A stretch of 63,853 nt of DNA, counting the filler, from Octopus bimaculoides (lineage: Eukaryota), in the NCBI RefSeq assembly GCF_001194135.2. It is 5 parts of 5 records of this genome, joined end to end, with 100 filler letters (N's around TTAATTAATTAA, not from the genome) between each part and the next. Parts side by side here need not be neighbours in the genome. Positions count along the whole stretch, not along the records: positions 1 to 23,089 come from NC_068993.1; 4 more parts are not named here. One strand, given 5' to 3'. Shown here piece after piece: positions 1 to 12,290 of the stretch (positions within the stretch are counted from its first letter, which is position 1; every line of letters starts with the position of its first letter). The notes below the pieces were generated by a model. It ran no database searches. It was not told the DNA's origin and saw nothing but the letters and a program-made list of their open reading frames with translations. The position numbers were made by a program, and so were the translations under genes.

Positions 1-28
1 TATATATATAGTTATATACGTGTATGCA

Positions 29-65
<37 letters not shown>

Positions 66-634
66 TTCTAAAGACAAAGATGTATGTACATACTTATATA
101 GATATATATGTAAATATATATAAATATACATATATATATATGTATGTATACATATACATTCACTCACACCCACACACATATATATATATACATACATATA
201 TGTGTGTGCGTGTGTGTACGTGTGCGTACGTGTGCGTGTCTGTGCGTGTGCGTGCGTGCTTGCATATTTTAGTGTGTATATGATCGTGTGAAGGTGTTTG
301 TATATGTGTGTGTACAGATACATTAACACACACACCTCCACATACGTTCATATTTATATTTGCATCACCAAACTTATATTTATTTACATATAAACTCTGA
401 TATCGTATTTTATCTTCGCTATAAAGCAATCTCGGTTGGATAAAATATGTTTTAGAATGTTTATGTATAGAGAACGTAATTCAATTTCCAAATCCAAATA
501 CAGTATAACAGTATTTTCAGCTGGAATTACCAGAAGAGGTGGTTTCTTCAGACAGAGAAAGAAAAAGGAAAAGAAATTCTCGAAATAACAACACTATCAG
601 ATAGAAAATGTTACAGTTTTTCGTATAAATATTA

Positions 635-828
635 GTTTCAAATTTTGATTTGAAAGCCAGCACTTTCGGGGAGGAGTTAAGTCGATTACCTCGACCCAGT
701 GTTCAACTGGTACGTATTTTATCGACCCTGAAAGAATGAAAGGTAAAGTCAAACCCGGCGGGATTTGAACTCAGAACGGGAAAACGGACGAAATGCCGCT
801 GCGTTAACGATTCTGCCAGCTCGCCGCC
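635..828 (-). mobile_element. tRNA-derived SINE, family A
   Basis: Reverse complement reads ggcggcgagctggcagaatcgttaacgc...gttctgagttcaaatccc...tttacctttcattctttcagggtcgataaaatacgtaccagttg. The same head and central block recur more than 20 times in the window. Confidence 0.85.
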
Positions 829-1369
829 CCTTTTCCGTATAAATATCAAAGATGATTTGTTTATTAGTGGTTGTGTAAATTTCTGTTCATTCTGTTCTAT
901 GCATGTTATGTAAGTATCCATTTGTTTGTATGATGTATGCTATAAGTTGCGTGCGAAGGTTTCAGAAATGTGCATAAACCCAAACCAGAACTATGAAGAA
1001 TGTCATCGAGAATATCATTCTCCGTAAACACCTGATCATCTCATCGAATACCTCATCGATCACCTCATCACTGCTGTCGATATGCCATGTCTACTGTAGA
1101 CTTTATAAATTACAATTTGGTGTTTAGACTCATTTTTGAGAATACATGGACTTAGGAGACGTCTATCCAGTTCCATAACGAAGCAATCCTCATGTATTTA
1201 TATGTCTTCTATATATATATATGCATACATACATATATAGTATTAGGGAAAAGAACCAAGGTTTATGAACTCATCGATGAAAATCCACAGTCACATATAG
1301 AAAAAATTTATAATTAAAAGTATAATAAGTATAATATAATACAAAATAAATATCATAAGATCAAGATAA

Positions 1370-1406
<37 letters not shown>

Positions 1407-1890
1407 CCACACTGCCGTTATATGCGTCAGTTTACCTCCATATCACCCCTAGAAATGCTTCAATATGTCATTTTATACACATTTTAGGCATCGTAATTTG
1501 TGTTTTTAAATTTAGTTTTCGGTAATTTCTTTTATATTTCTCCTCTTTTAATATTTTGGGCCAATGAATCTGATTCTCTGTGGCACAGATAATACTTGTT
1601 GACGTTCGATAGTTCCTCAAGTATTTTCCTTGTCTCGTTCTATAAACAATATATGATAATATGCTGTGTCCAATGTTTTCTTAAGACTGAAATTCTATTA
1701 AGCTTAAATCTTGCGTATTTTCATTAAGGACTGTGGAATACTTTCTGTGTATGTATCTCACTTCAGAATAATTTATGTTTGTATAATGCTCCTTTGGAGT
1801 TCAATTGCTCTATTGTATTATTTAAAGATATTTACCAACAGGTATTTATAGACAGACATTGACAGACAAGCATTACTGACAGACATAAGT

Positions 1891-2108
1891 CAACGAGCTG
1901 ACCGAATCGTTAGCGCGCTGGACGAAACGCTTAGCGGTATTTCGCCCGTTGCTACGTTCCGAGTTCAAATTCCACCGACGTCGACTTTGCTTTTCATCCT
2001 TTCGGGGTCGATAAATTAAGTACCAGTGAAACACTAGGCTCGATGCAATTGACTAAACTCCCCCCCCCTCCCCGCAAATTTCAGGTCTTGTGCCTATAAT
2101 ATAAAGGG
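1891..2108 (+). mobile_element. SINE family A, near full length
   Basis: cgagctgaccgaatcgttagcgcg...gttccgagttcaaattcc...gtcgactttgcttttcatcctttcggggtcgataaattaagtaccag...ggtcttgtgcctataat. Confidence 0.85.
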
Positions 2109-2171
2109 TTACTCACAGATATTCACGTGAATGTATTGACATTATTTATTGACACACATTTAGGGGCAAAT

Positions 2172-2590
2172 ATTGGTTTCAACTTTTAGCACAAGGCCAG
2201 CAATTATTGGGGTAGGGGGTATGTTGATTACGTTGACCACATGGCTCAAATGGCACTTATTTTATCGACCCCAAAACGGCTGAAAAGTAAAGTCGACCTT
2301 GGCAGAATTTTAACTTAGAACGTAAATACAAACGAAATGTTGTTAAGCATTTCGCCCGACATGAAAATGATTCTATCATCTCCCCAGTTTAGTAAATACA
2401 AACGAAATGCCACTAAACATTTTGTCCGGCGCGCTACCGATTCTGCCAGCTTGCCACCTTTATTTAGCAACAGAATTTCAAATTTTGGCACAAGGCCAGC
2501 AATTTCGGCTGAGAAGCTATGTCCGTTACATCGACCCCAGTGCTCAACAGGTGTTTATTTTATGGCCGCAGTCTAATGAGTGAAACAAGA
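2172..2590 (-). mobile_element. Cluster of truncated SINE family A fragments
   Basis: ttatcgacccc, aagtcgacctt and gattctgccagct motifs; gtaaatacaaacgaaatg occurs twice. Confidence 0.7.
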
Positions 2591-4935
2591 TAAACGTATC
2601 CATTGCTATGTTTTTATTTCCCATCAGAGGGTTTTTTTTACTTCTTTTTTGATTATTAGAAAAAATCAATAATATTTTTACCTTTCTACCTTTTATATGT
2701 TGAATTTATTGTTGTTGTTGTTGTTGTTGACTTTGAGGGTGTTGTTTCGTGCAATGTCAATCCTGATCAAACAGATCGATAAATATCGTCGTTTCAACTG
2801 TAACCAGCCCGTTTTTTTTGCTTCATACGCAATAGCTAGCACTGTATTATCTCACCTTCTCTTTAAACGAGAAGGTGTGACTTAGCTTCGCTTTCTTGCG
2901 AATCGAACACGTGTGTAAATGGTCACTCGTTGGATCGTGCATATAAATTGTTTGGTGCCGTGCCGAAAAAATAGATTTATCNNNNNNNNNNNNNNNNNNN
3001 NNNNNNNNNNNNNNNNNNNNNNNNNNNNNNNNNNNNNNNNNNNNNNNNNNNNNNNNNNNNNNNNNNNNNNNNNNNNNNNNNNNNNNNNNNNNNNNNNNNN
3101 NNNNNNNNNNNNNNNNNNNNNNNNNNNNNNNNNNNNNNNNNNNNNNNNNNNNNNNNNNNNNNNNNNNNNNNNNNNNNNNNNNNNNNNNNNNNNNNNNNNN
3201 NNNNNNNNNNNNNNNNNNNNNNNNNNNNNNNNNNNNNNNNNNNNNNNNNNNNNNNNNNNNNNNNNNNNNNNNNNNNNNNNNNNNNNNNNNNNNNNNNNNN
3301 NNNNNNNNNNNNNNNNNNNNNNNNNNNNNNNNNNNNNNNNNNNNNNNNNNNNNNNNNNNNNNNNNNNNNNNNNNNNNNNNNNNNNNNNNNNNNNNNNNNN
3401 NNNNNNNNNNNNNNNNNNNNNNNNNNNNNNNNNNNNNNNNNNNNNNNNNNNNNNNNNNNNNNNNNNNNNNNNNNNNNNNNNNNNNNNNNNNNNNNNNNNN
3501 NNNNNNNNNNNNNNNNNNNNNNNNNNNNNNNNNNNNNNNNNNNNNNNNNNNNNNNNNNNNNNNNNNNNNNNNNNNNNNNNNNNNNNNNNNNNNNNNNNNN
3601 NNNNNNNNNNNNNNNNNNNNNNNNNNNNNNNNNNNNNNNNNNNNNNNNNNNNNNNNNNNNNNNNNNNNNNNNNNNNNNNNNNNNNNNNNNNNNNNNNNNN
3701 NNNNNNNNNNNNNNTTTTTTTTTTTTTTTTTTTTTTTTTTTTGTAATTTTAAAGTTGTGCGTGTCTAATTTAACACTAAAGTGAAAGCCTTTTTTCTCCT
3801 TTATTTAACATTCTCCACTGTATTATCTTGTAAAACACTGAAATTTCAAACTCTGAAATCTATTAAATTAACACTTATGGATTTTCATTACATTCGCTCC
3901 TTACTTATTTCACAGCCTTTAGGAATGCGAAACGTAATTCTATAAACCTCAGAGCATCTAAATATAGCGAACACATTAGAATATATTCTAAAATGTTCTC
4001 TTTGATTGGTTATCGTCCTATCCAGTAAAATATTTTTTCTGATATTCGAGTAAAGACAACGATACTGAAACCATTGCCTTGTCCTTATAAATATATTTTC
4101 TGGTAGAAACTATATTTTATTTCCGCCATACTTTGCCGGGATCGTAGACAAAGTCTATTTTTATATCAGATCACTGCAACGGGTCAGAATTTATACTTCA
4201 GCAGCCATTGTGTTTGACAATTGATTTATTATTACAATATTGATTTGATTTTACTCAGCACAAAACTCCATTATGAAATAAGAATGGACATTAGTCTATC
4301 AGAAAAGCCTCAGATTAGGCTATCAGTCTATCGGAATGGACATTAGTCTATCAGGAAAGCTTCTGATGACCGAGTCGAGAACTGATGTAGAATTATCGGC
4401 CGAAATGTTTGCTGGTTCATACCACGAGAGCGGCATCGTGTAATAACTTTGAAAGTTAAAGCTCGTTGGCCTTGTTTATCTTGTAGGATCTGGAGGATCT
4501 GCAAAGTTTGGCGAGTCTTGTACAACCGTTTCAAGATGAACATTAGAAAAATATAAGCAATAATTGGCCTTATTAAATCATCGGTTTCGATATTCCCGGA
4601 GTGCATTTCCTTTAGAGAGAATCAATAAGTTTCGTTATGGACATTTAACACGATCTCAGAAGTATGGTAAATTCTTATCACCGTGTACTGTTCGTGATAG
4701 ATAGAATGGAGAAGAGGAGGGGGAGCAGAACGAGGAGGAAGAAGAGAGACTAAGATAAAGAAGGAGGAAAACAACAACAGCAAATCTAACAAATTACTTC
4801 CTCGTTGTTTGTTTAAAGAGCTGTATGATGATGATGATGATCATCATCATCAGCATCATCATCATCATCATCATCATCTTCTTTACTAATTGCTTCCCCG
4901 AATCGGAGGATGGTGAGAGTCGGTAGAACACCGGA

Positions 4936-5139
4936 CAAAACGTTTCGTTTGATATACCCTCCACCCTTCATCAGGTGTCTTGGGAAAATTTCGAACCTGG
5001 GTTTTCATTCCTAAAGTATTTTTCGATCTTATTATTATTATTATTATTACTTTGTTACCAACAAACAAGATGAAGACAAATATCCGTTAAATGTAAATAA
5101 TGTACATAATTCCTCAATTCTTTAAATATAGAACTGTAA
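4936..5139 (-). mobile_element. Penelope-like/retrozyme-like repeat unit with degenerate hammerhead motif
   Basis: Minus strand gacac-CTGATGA-agggtg-gagggtatat-caaac-GAAACGTT. Flanking blocks match the copies at 12291-12565 and 63555-63732. Stem II is broken. Confidence 0.7.
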
Positions 5140-5814
5140 CACAGTAACAAGTTTGGTAAAGTGTGATGTAGCCGCACATAAAGATCAAAGCGCTTACGTT
5201 TCAATCTCAGAGAATTTTTTCTTTTTTAATTTTAAAAAAGTTAGCCTTCAAAGAGTTGAACTCAGTTCGCAATGTCGTAGCTCACTGCCTCAAGGCATCC
5301 GATACTCTAACAACACTGCCAATCCCAGCCCCGCTCCATCAGAGTTGTAAAGTTGAATCATTTCTCTCTACGTTAACAACTTTGAAGTTTTAGAATTTGC
5401 CTTAGGGTTTACATGCCAACGTTATTATTTGGTTTTTAAAACAATATTTTAATGAATATTTCTGTAATAACTTTACTCTGAAATTACAAATCTGGAAACA
5501 AAAATGTCTCGTCTCGATGTTCAAATATCTTTTATTAAGCTGTTTTATTCCACTCTACTTTTGTTCCATTGTTTCCTGTCACTATCTGGTGTTTTATTTC
5601 TATTCCCTATTTATGAAGTAATAAACGTCTGTTGGAACGCTTGTTTTCCATTCAATGGTTCTATTAGAATGGATGTCGTCACTTTCTATTCTTTGATACC
5701 ATTTCTGCACACACACGAACACACACAAACACACACACATAGTGTTTTATACTAGTCGGTGGTGATAGTCATGACTGTGGCTATTACTATTACCATTATT
5801 AGAATTGTATAATT

Positions 5815-5935
5815 AAGGCAGCGAGCTGGCGGAATCGTTGGCATGCCGGACAAAATGCTTAGCGGAATTTCGTCCGTTCTTACGCTCTGGATTTAAATTC
5901 CGCCGAGGTCGACTTTTCTTTTCATTATTTTGGAG
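5815..5935 (+). mobile_element. SINE family A, 3'-truncated
   Basis: aaggcagcgagctggcggaatcgttggcatgccggacaaaatgcttagcgg...gaggtcgacttt. Confidence 0.8.
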
Positions 5936-6150
5936 CCGTTAACTATTCTCTCTTTTTTTTTCTTTTTTTTTTTTGTATTTCTGGTTAACAAAGAATGAAA
6001 TTTTGGTATCGAAAAATACGTACAAGTTTACCATTTGCTGTGACCTCAAATGTTATAAAATTAATTTAAAGTAAAAATCAGATTATCCTCACTTAGTAAA
6101 GCATAAAAGATTCTCCAGTTGCGAGATTTTAAAGCTGTAAATGTTTTCAG

Positions 6151-6217
6151 CTTCTTAAATGACAGAAACAACAGACTTTCGGCGTCGTTACGATAGAGTT
6201 TGCACGAATAATGGATG
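6151..6217 (+). other. Candidate exon (AG..GT) containing ATG: MTETTDFRRRYDRVCTNNG
   Basis: Acceptor atgttttcag, donor ATG|GTAAGA, ATG at 6159, open to the donor. No transcript evidence. Confidence 0.2.
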
Positions 6218-6559
6218 GTAAGAAAGGAGGGTGTGGCATAAAGTATTTACTTGACCAATGAAGACCTCCGAAGCCACGACGACGCCCTGTTAAACTGAAC
6301 AAAGTGTTTCAACTCTTCGCTGTATGCTATGGTATGGTACCTACTGGGTTTTGTGGCTCTAAACGTGTAGCGATTCCTTCATTACATTATATGACTTTTA
6401 AATTATTGAAGACGAAGATTTTTTATATATATTAGTATGTGTGTGTGGAGGGGAGAGAGAGCGGGAGAGAAGGAAGGAAATGGTTCACTTCCGAGAGAGT
6501 TTGCCAACATCTGGTGTTGTGTAGGAATATAAGATAGGTGAGTAAATAATAGTATTGTA

Positions 6560-7330
6560 TTGAGTCAAAAGTTCGGCAATGTTTTCGTTACTCATTTGCT
6601 TTATTCCTCTAGTTACAACAAAAAGTAGGCTAGCATCCAAAGTAGAGGCCATCATATTGCTTCATCATCAGCCACCTTTCTGCCAGTTCTTTGATCCCAT
6701 GCTGTTACCTGTTCTTGTCCTTCGAGGCGAAGAACTCATTCACTGAAGCTTCCAGCTCCTTTTGGTTCACGCTAATCTGCTTTTGTTGTAACACAATATT
6801 TGGAACAGTTTGTGTGAAGGCTTAACCGTGTGGTTACTTCGTTAACATGTGGAGGCGCAATGGCCCAGTGGTTAGGGCAGCGGACTCGCGATCAGAGGAT
6901 CGCGGTTTCGATTCCCAGACCGGGCGTTGTGAGTGTTTATTGAGCGAAAACACCTAAAGCTCCACAAGGCCCCGGCAGGGGATGGTGGTGAACCCTGCTG
7001 TACTCTTTCACCACAACTTTCTCTCACTCTTACTTCCTGTTTCTGTTGTGCCTGTAATTCAAAGGGTCAGCCTTGTGACACTGCGTCACGCTGAATATCC
7101 CCGAGAACTACGTTAAGGGTACACGTGTCTGTGGAGTGCTCAGCCACTTGCACGTTAATTTCACGAGCAGGCTGTTCCGTTGATCGGATCAACTGGAATC
7201 CTCGACGTCGTAAACGACGGAGTGCCGACAACAACAATAACAAACTTCGTTAACATGAACTCTTGTAGAAAATATCTGGAGCAGTTTCACGATTTCTTTA
7301 CTTGAATTCGGTGTTCTTTTGAAACTAATT
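6560..7330 (-). mobile_element. Mariner transposon remnant (transposase C-terminus), interrupted by a SINE
   Basis: Minus strand ~6650-6790 translates NQKELEASVNEFFASKDKNR*QHGIKELAERWLMMKQYDGLYF, typical of a mariner C-terminus. Outer limits are approximate. Confidence 0.7.
6850..7243 (+). mobile_element. Full-length tRNA-headed SINE, family B, with 14-bp TSD
   Basis: A box TGGCCCAGTGG, B box GGTTTCGATTCC, (aca)n tail. TSD acttcgttaacatg at 6836-6849 and 7244-7257. Confidence 0.92.
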
Positions 7331-7519
7331 CTTAGTATTCCGTCCGTTTGGTACTTTAGTTCGTTTTTCGGTTGGTTACATCAGAAACAATAAAATACAT
7401 TTAACTCAAACTATGAGTTATAAAATCATGGCAAGTATAATGTTGTTGCTGTTGTTGCGGTTACTTAGCTTCAGGTCAGCCCTCTTTCAACCAAACTTTG
7501 ACTAATGTTATTCCAAGAT

Positions 7520-7840
7520 GGCTGTATGATTCAGTGGCCCGCTCCGCAAATACATGATTTTGAGTTCGAGCCTACTGAATCAGGTCGTCTTAAGGCAAGG
7601 GCAGACTGGGCAGGTATCCGGGGCCCCATGCGTCCAGGGCCACAGCTCTAGACTATGTATATTCTGGTTTGTTGTCAATAAATAAATATTATAGACACCA
7701 ATTCCATGATTTTCCTGGAAGCCTACAATAAAACGGCCTTGCAATGAACGCTACATTTGGCAAAGTGTTTTCTACCAAATTCTTCGGGTCTACCAGAGCC
7801 ATGTAAATACAATTTAGTAGATGGAAACTGAAAACTCTTC
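7520..7840 (+). mobile_element. Degraded SINE family C copy, apparently interrupted by a small TIR element (~7580-7742)
   Basis: The C-family head at 7520-7580 resumes at ~7745 (ttggcaaagtgttttctac...gtagatggaaactgaaa). The insert has imperfect inverted ends caggtcgtcttaag / aataaaacggccttg. Confidence 0.4.
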
Positions 7841-8080
7841 ATCATGAGAACTGGTTCCTTCTCATACATAGTAGACTTAATATAACCCCTCGATTAAAGG
7901 CCGTTACCTGGTCATTCGGTGTCTCTAACTAAGTCCACTATATGAAAAGAATTTGGTGCCATGGATCCGGTCTCAGCAGAGTTTCCTTCGTTCCTTTCAG
8001 CTGTAAAGCCTTGTAAATATTCTCCTCTGAAAAATCATTTATAAAATAAAATCCCATGTTTTACAATCAATACAATTAGG

Positions 8081-8409
8081 TGAAGGCGCATGGCTTAATG
8101 GTTAGTGTATTTGGCTCACTGTCGTGAGGTCGTGAGTTCGATTCCTGGCGGCACGTTGAGTCCTTGAGCAGCACACTTTATTTCATGTTGCTCCAGTTCG
8201 CTCACATGGCAAAAATGAGTTGTATCTGTATTTTAAGGGGCCAGACTTGTCACCTTCTGTGTCACGCTGAATCTCCCTGAAACCTATGTTAAGGACACGC
8301 GTGTGTGTAGAATTTTCAGCCACTTGCACGTTAATTTACGAACAGCAGGCAATTTCGTTGATGAGATCAACTGAAATCAGTTGTCGTCGTCGTAACCGAC
8401 GGAATGCCA
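8081..8409 (+). mobile_element. tRNA-headed SINE with a different head and central block but a family-B 3' tail
   Basis: TGGCTTAATGG...GAGTTCGATTCC; ttgctccagttcgctc..aaaaatgagt; then gtcacgctgaatctccctga...cgtcgtaaccgacggaatgcca. Confidence 0.75.
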
Positions 8410-8699
8410 GGACGGAGAGGGATTTGGCTGTTGTTATTTCTATAACAAGCGCCTACTTAGAGGCTCTTTCATTGGTTCATGCGATGATATCGTTGTAGTT
8501 GTTGTTGTTGTAACAGTTATTCATTGTTCCTGTTTCGGTTTATGGATGAGTAGTAATGGGACTTTGTTTGCAGTTCGATCGACAATTTTGAACCAAACAA
8601 AATCTTCATCACATTCAGCCATTCAAACATTTTTTTTCCTTTTATAGACACTCCAACCTGTATTTTTCTACCATTAAAGCATATTTCCTCAATTTCAAA

Positions 8700-9009
8700 A
8701 AAAAAAAAAAAATTATTGTTGCTGTTGTTGTTGTTGTCGATGTTGTTGTTGTCGATGTTGTTGCTTTATCGTCGTCGTCTTCACCATTATAGTTATTGTT
8801 GCTGCTCCCACTACTACTACTACTCCTGCTGCTGCTGCTACTACTACTGCTACTATGTTATTCTGTTTTTTACTAAATTTAAGCCAAAGTGGATGAAATT
8901 TCTTTTACATTATTAATGTTGTTTGTGAGTGTTGTTGTTGTATATGTCGCTGTTGATGATGTGGTTGTTTTTAGAACTGTTTGGTAGTTTGGGGATTTGG
9001 GAATCATGC

Positions 9010-9085
<76 letters not shown>

Positions 9086-10500
9086 GTATATATATATCTA
9101 TATATATATATTATTATTATTATTATTATTATTATTGTTATTGTTATTATCTGTGGTTCTGCTGCTGCTGCTGTTGCTGTTGTTATATCATTCTGTAGTG
9201 CAGCGTGTGTCATGGAGAGAAACGAGTGATCACCATTTTAGGGTGCTACTTTAAACATCGATTGCTATGAGTGTAATCATCAAAAGGCGTCACACTCTTC
9301 AGTTCAATGTTATTATCACTGATCGATACAGATGACTGCTTTCAACTTGCCGACGTCACTGGCTCTTCTTATGATGCAACACGTTTTACACACCGCGAGC
9401 TATTTGTGCACTATAATATATTGCACGATTTTTCAAAGGTGCTTGCTGCGGTTGAGGATTTTTTTTTTATCTTGTTTGCGACGTTGTTTTTGTCGTTGTT
9501 GGTGCTGCAGCTGTTGTTTTCGTTGTTGTTGCTGTTAGTGGTGGTGGTAGTTTCGTTTTCGTTGTTATCATCGTTGTTGGCGTTACTGTCTTATTGTTTT
9601 TTTTTGGTTTTATCACTGTTATCGTCAGTTTTGTTGTTGTTGTTATCGTCGTCGTCGTCATCGGGGCTGTTTGGTGTTGGTGGTGTCATTGTTGTTTTTC
9701 TTTCTGCTTTTTGTAGTCGTTGTTGGTGGTGTTGTTATTGTTGTTATTGTTTTTATTGTTTTACTGCTTTGTTGCTGTTTTATTCGGGGTTTTTTTTGTG
9801 TGTTATCGCTTTTATCGTTAATGCTATCGATGTCGTCGTTGCTGAAGTTGACATTGTTTTATTGTTGTTCGCTTGCTTATTGTTTTTGTAATTTGATTGT
9901 TGATGATAACGACGGCGGTATTTCTGTCGCTGCCGCTGCTGCTGCTCGTCCTGCTGTTTATGATGGTGATGATGACGATAACGACGACGAATATTGGTAG
10001 TGGTGGAGGTGGTAAGGGTAACGCCAGCGCCAGCGGCGGTGGAGGTGGTGCCATGACGGTGGTATGACGGTGACATGGCGGTAGCATGGTGGTGGAGGTG
10101 GCGGCGATATGGCGATGGCATGGCGGTGGTGGTGATGGTGATAGCGTTAGACGAGTCGGCGGTAGCGATGCTAATGGTAGTGGCTGCAGTGGCGACAGTA
10201 ACAGCAAAACGGTGGCGGGGGCGGAGGCGGGGACAGCGTTAACGGCAGCAACGATGACAACGACAGCAGCGGGTCTACGACAGCAGCAGCAGCAGCAGAG
10301 GGGCCGCGACAGCGGCGACAGCGGCGACAGCAACACCGACCGTGGCGGTAGCAACGACAGTGTTTAGTGGTGGATGTGACGACTACGACAATGATCAAAA
10401 CGGCGGCGGCGACGACGATGATGATGACGATGACGATGATGACGATGACGACGATGATTATGATGATGATGATGACGATGATGACGCTTAAGTTATTTTT
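8700..10500. repeat. Compound trinucleotide and dinucleotide low-complexity tract
   Basis: (TTG)n, (TA)n, (ATT)n, (GGT/GGC)n and (GAT/GAC)n arrays. The ORFs here are repeat translations. Confidence 0.9.
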
Positions 10501-10646
10501 ATTGCTGTTGGTGAATTCTTGTTTATTTCTCGTTGTATCGGTCATAACTCTCTTTCATGAAAGGCGAAGCAAAAACAAAACAAAAAAAATACTTTTAGAA
10601 TAAAAAAAAGAAATATTAAAACATGAAAATAATGAAATATCCAAAT

Positions 10647-10698
<52 letters not shown>

Positions 10699-11012
10699 AC
10701 ACGCAAAATAAACATTAAAAAAAATAAAAGCAATCACCACATAAATAGATATTACAAAAAAAATGTGTAGGCAGAAGCAAAACGTAAAACTAGTGTGATT
10801 TGGTGGTACCATAGTTAAAAGTTGAAATTAAAATACAATTAAACAAGAGACGGCTTAAGTATAGCAAGCGTGTGTAACATTAAAAAAGAAATGTGTTGTC
10901 GCCGTTTGATGTCTCGGAAACGGTCACAAGTATTGATGAAAGAGATGACTTTTATATTTCTCTTTCATATATGTTTACCTTTCTATTTTTACATAGTATT
11001 TATTTATGTATT

Positions 11013-11075
<63 letters not shown>

Positions 11076-12290
11076 GTCGTCCCCTTCATCCTCGGCTTCC
11101 AGTTTTTACTTTTCGTTTTTCTGTTTTTGTTTTTTTTTTGTTTTTTACTACACGAGTACTTTTCATCTATATGACTAACGAAAATGTCAGCGCTGCAACC
11201 CTGACCGATTTCTTCTTTTCCTTTTTGCTTTTTTGTTCTTTTTTTTGTTTTTCTCATATAGAGTTGGTAGTGACAGACGATCGTATAAGTATTTTTTTAA
11301 AAATGCAGTCATGTGACAAAATATAGAAGGACAGTTTTATGCCGCAAACTGGGTCTAACATCATCGCCAGCTATTTTAAGTCTAAAATGTCACCAAACTA
11401 TTGCTTCGGTTTCATTACGAGACACCATGGTCTCAGACTAAAAAGACATATAGAGCAACGATCTCCTGCAAACCACACCTTAACATTCAATAAAATGAAA
11501 GGTTACTTTATGCAATGTATTCCTAGAAACCTTTGAAAACAGTGTGGATGCCTACTAGAGGAATTCATTTGTTCATAGTACAACTCCATACAATTTGGTA
11601 TAACCTGTGCTTAACATCAATGAAAACAATAAACAATTCGAGTCAACAAATCCTCTACTGGGTCACTCGACATATTAGAAAGAGCAGTTAAAATATTACT
11701 TTTAAAATTGTTATTATTTTATATTTTCCTTTTTATATTACACGCCATTTTTAAAACCTGATTCTTGTTATACTGAGGAATATTAAACTCTAGATATGCT
11801 GTACGCGGAAATGTGGGTTGGATTGTCACAGTAGAGGTGTTTGATCGGGGTTTGGTTTGATGAAGAACGACTAGTAAAATGGTGAACAAATGCAACACTT
11901 GAAACTTTACGAGGCTAATCGATTTGCTTGAAACAGAAGCCAAATTCCTTTCTTTTCTCATCTTGCTGTTATAAATAAAGACTAAGAACACACTGAACAA
12001 CATACGAATTCTAGTTGGAGTTGATTCTCAGCCTCAATTTCACGCTGTGTACCTCAACCAATAGCATTAATATTATTGAAAGGCGTTTGAATTCGCATAA
12101 ATTGTTTCCATATAAAGAAAGTTTTATTGAAAAAATATAAGTGTAAGTTTTAACAAAGTGGGTTTTACAGAAGAAAAACAGAAAAAAAAAATCATACTTT
12201 TCTTTTAAAGTTTTGATGTTAACAAAATGCTTTACTTAATACGTATTAGTGCAAGCTGTCAGAAACAAATTTTAAGAGAAAATAGAGAAT

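Noticed and set aside
12-429. ORFs rich in Y/I/H/T/C/V, here and at 15438-15917, 18588-18903, 51002-51428, 52911-53293 and similar sites
   Set aside because: Translations of (TA)n, (CA)n and (TACA)n microsatellites.
1400-1850. Possible Penelope RT C-terminal remnant on minus (LRKHW-like motif)
   Set aside because: Several stops and only one short motif; cannot be supported without an HMM search.
2919-3746. Long ORFs containing X runs (also 18615-20042, 38011-39068, 49504-50649, 56724-58156)
   Set aside because: Open only because N gaps contain no stops.
6850-6925. tRNA gene call for SINE heads
   Set aside because: A and B boxes are present but there is no acceptor stem, and the sequence continues into a repeated SINE body with tail and TSD.
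7908-8026. Minus-strand 119-nt segment with a good acceptor and CAG|GTAACG donor
   Set aside because: All three frames contain stops. It could be a UTR exon, but nothing else supports it.
9307-10545. Hydrophobic or Thr/Pro-rich ORFs resembling membrane proteins or mucins
   Set aside because: Built from degenerate trinucleotide arrays open on both strands; no splice or domain evidence.
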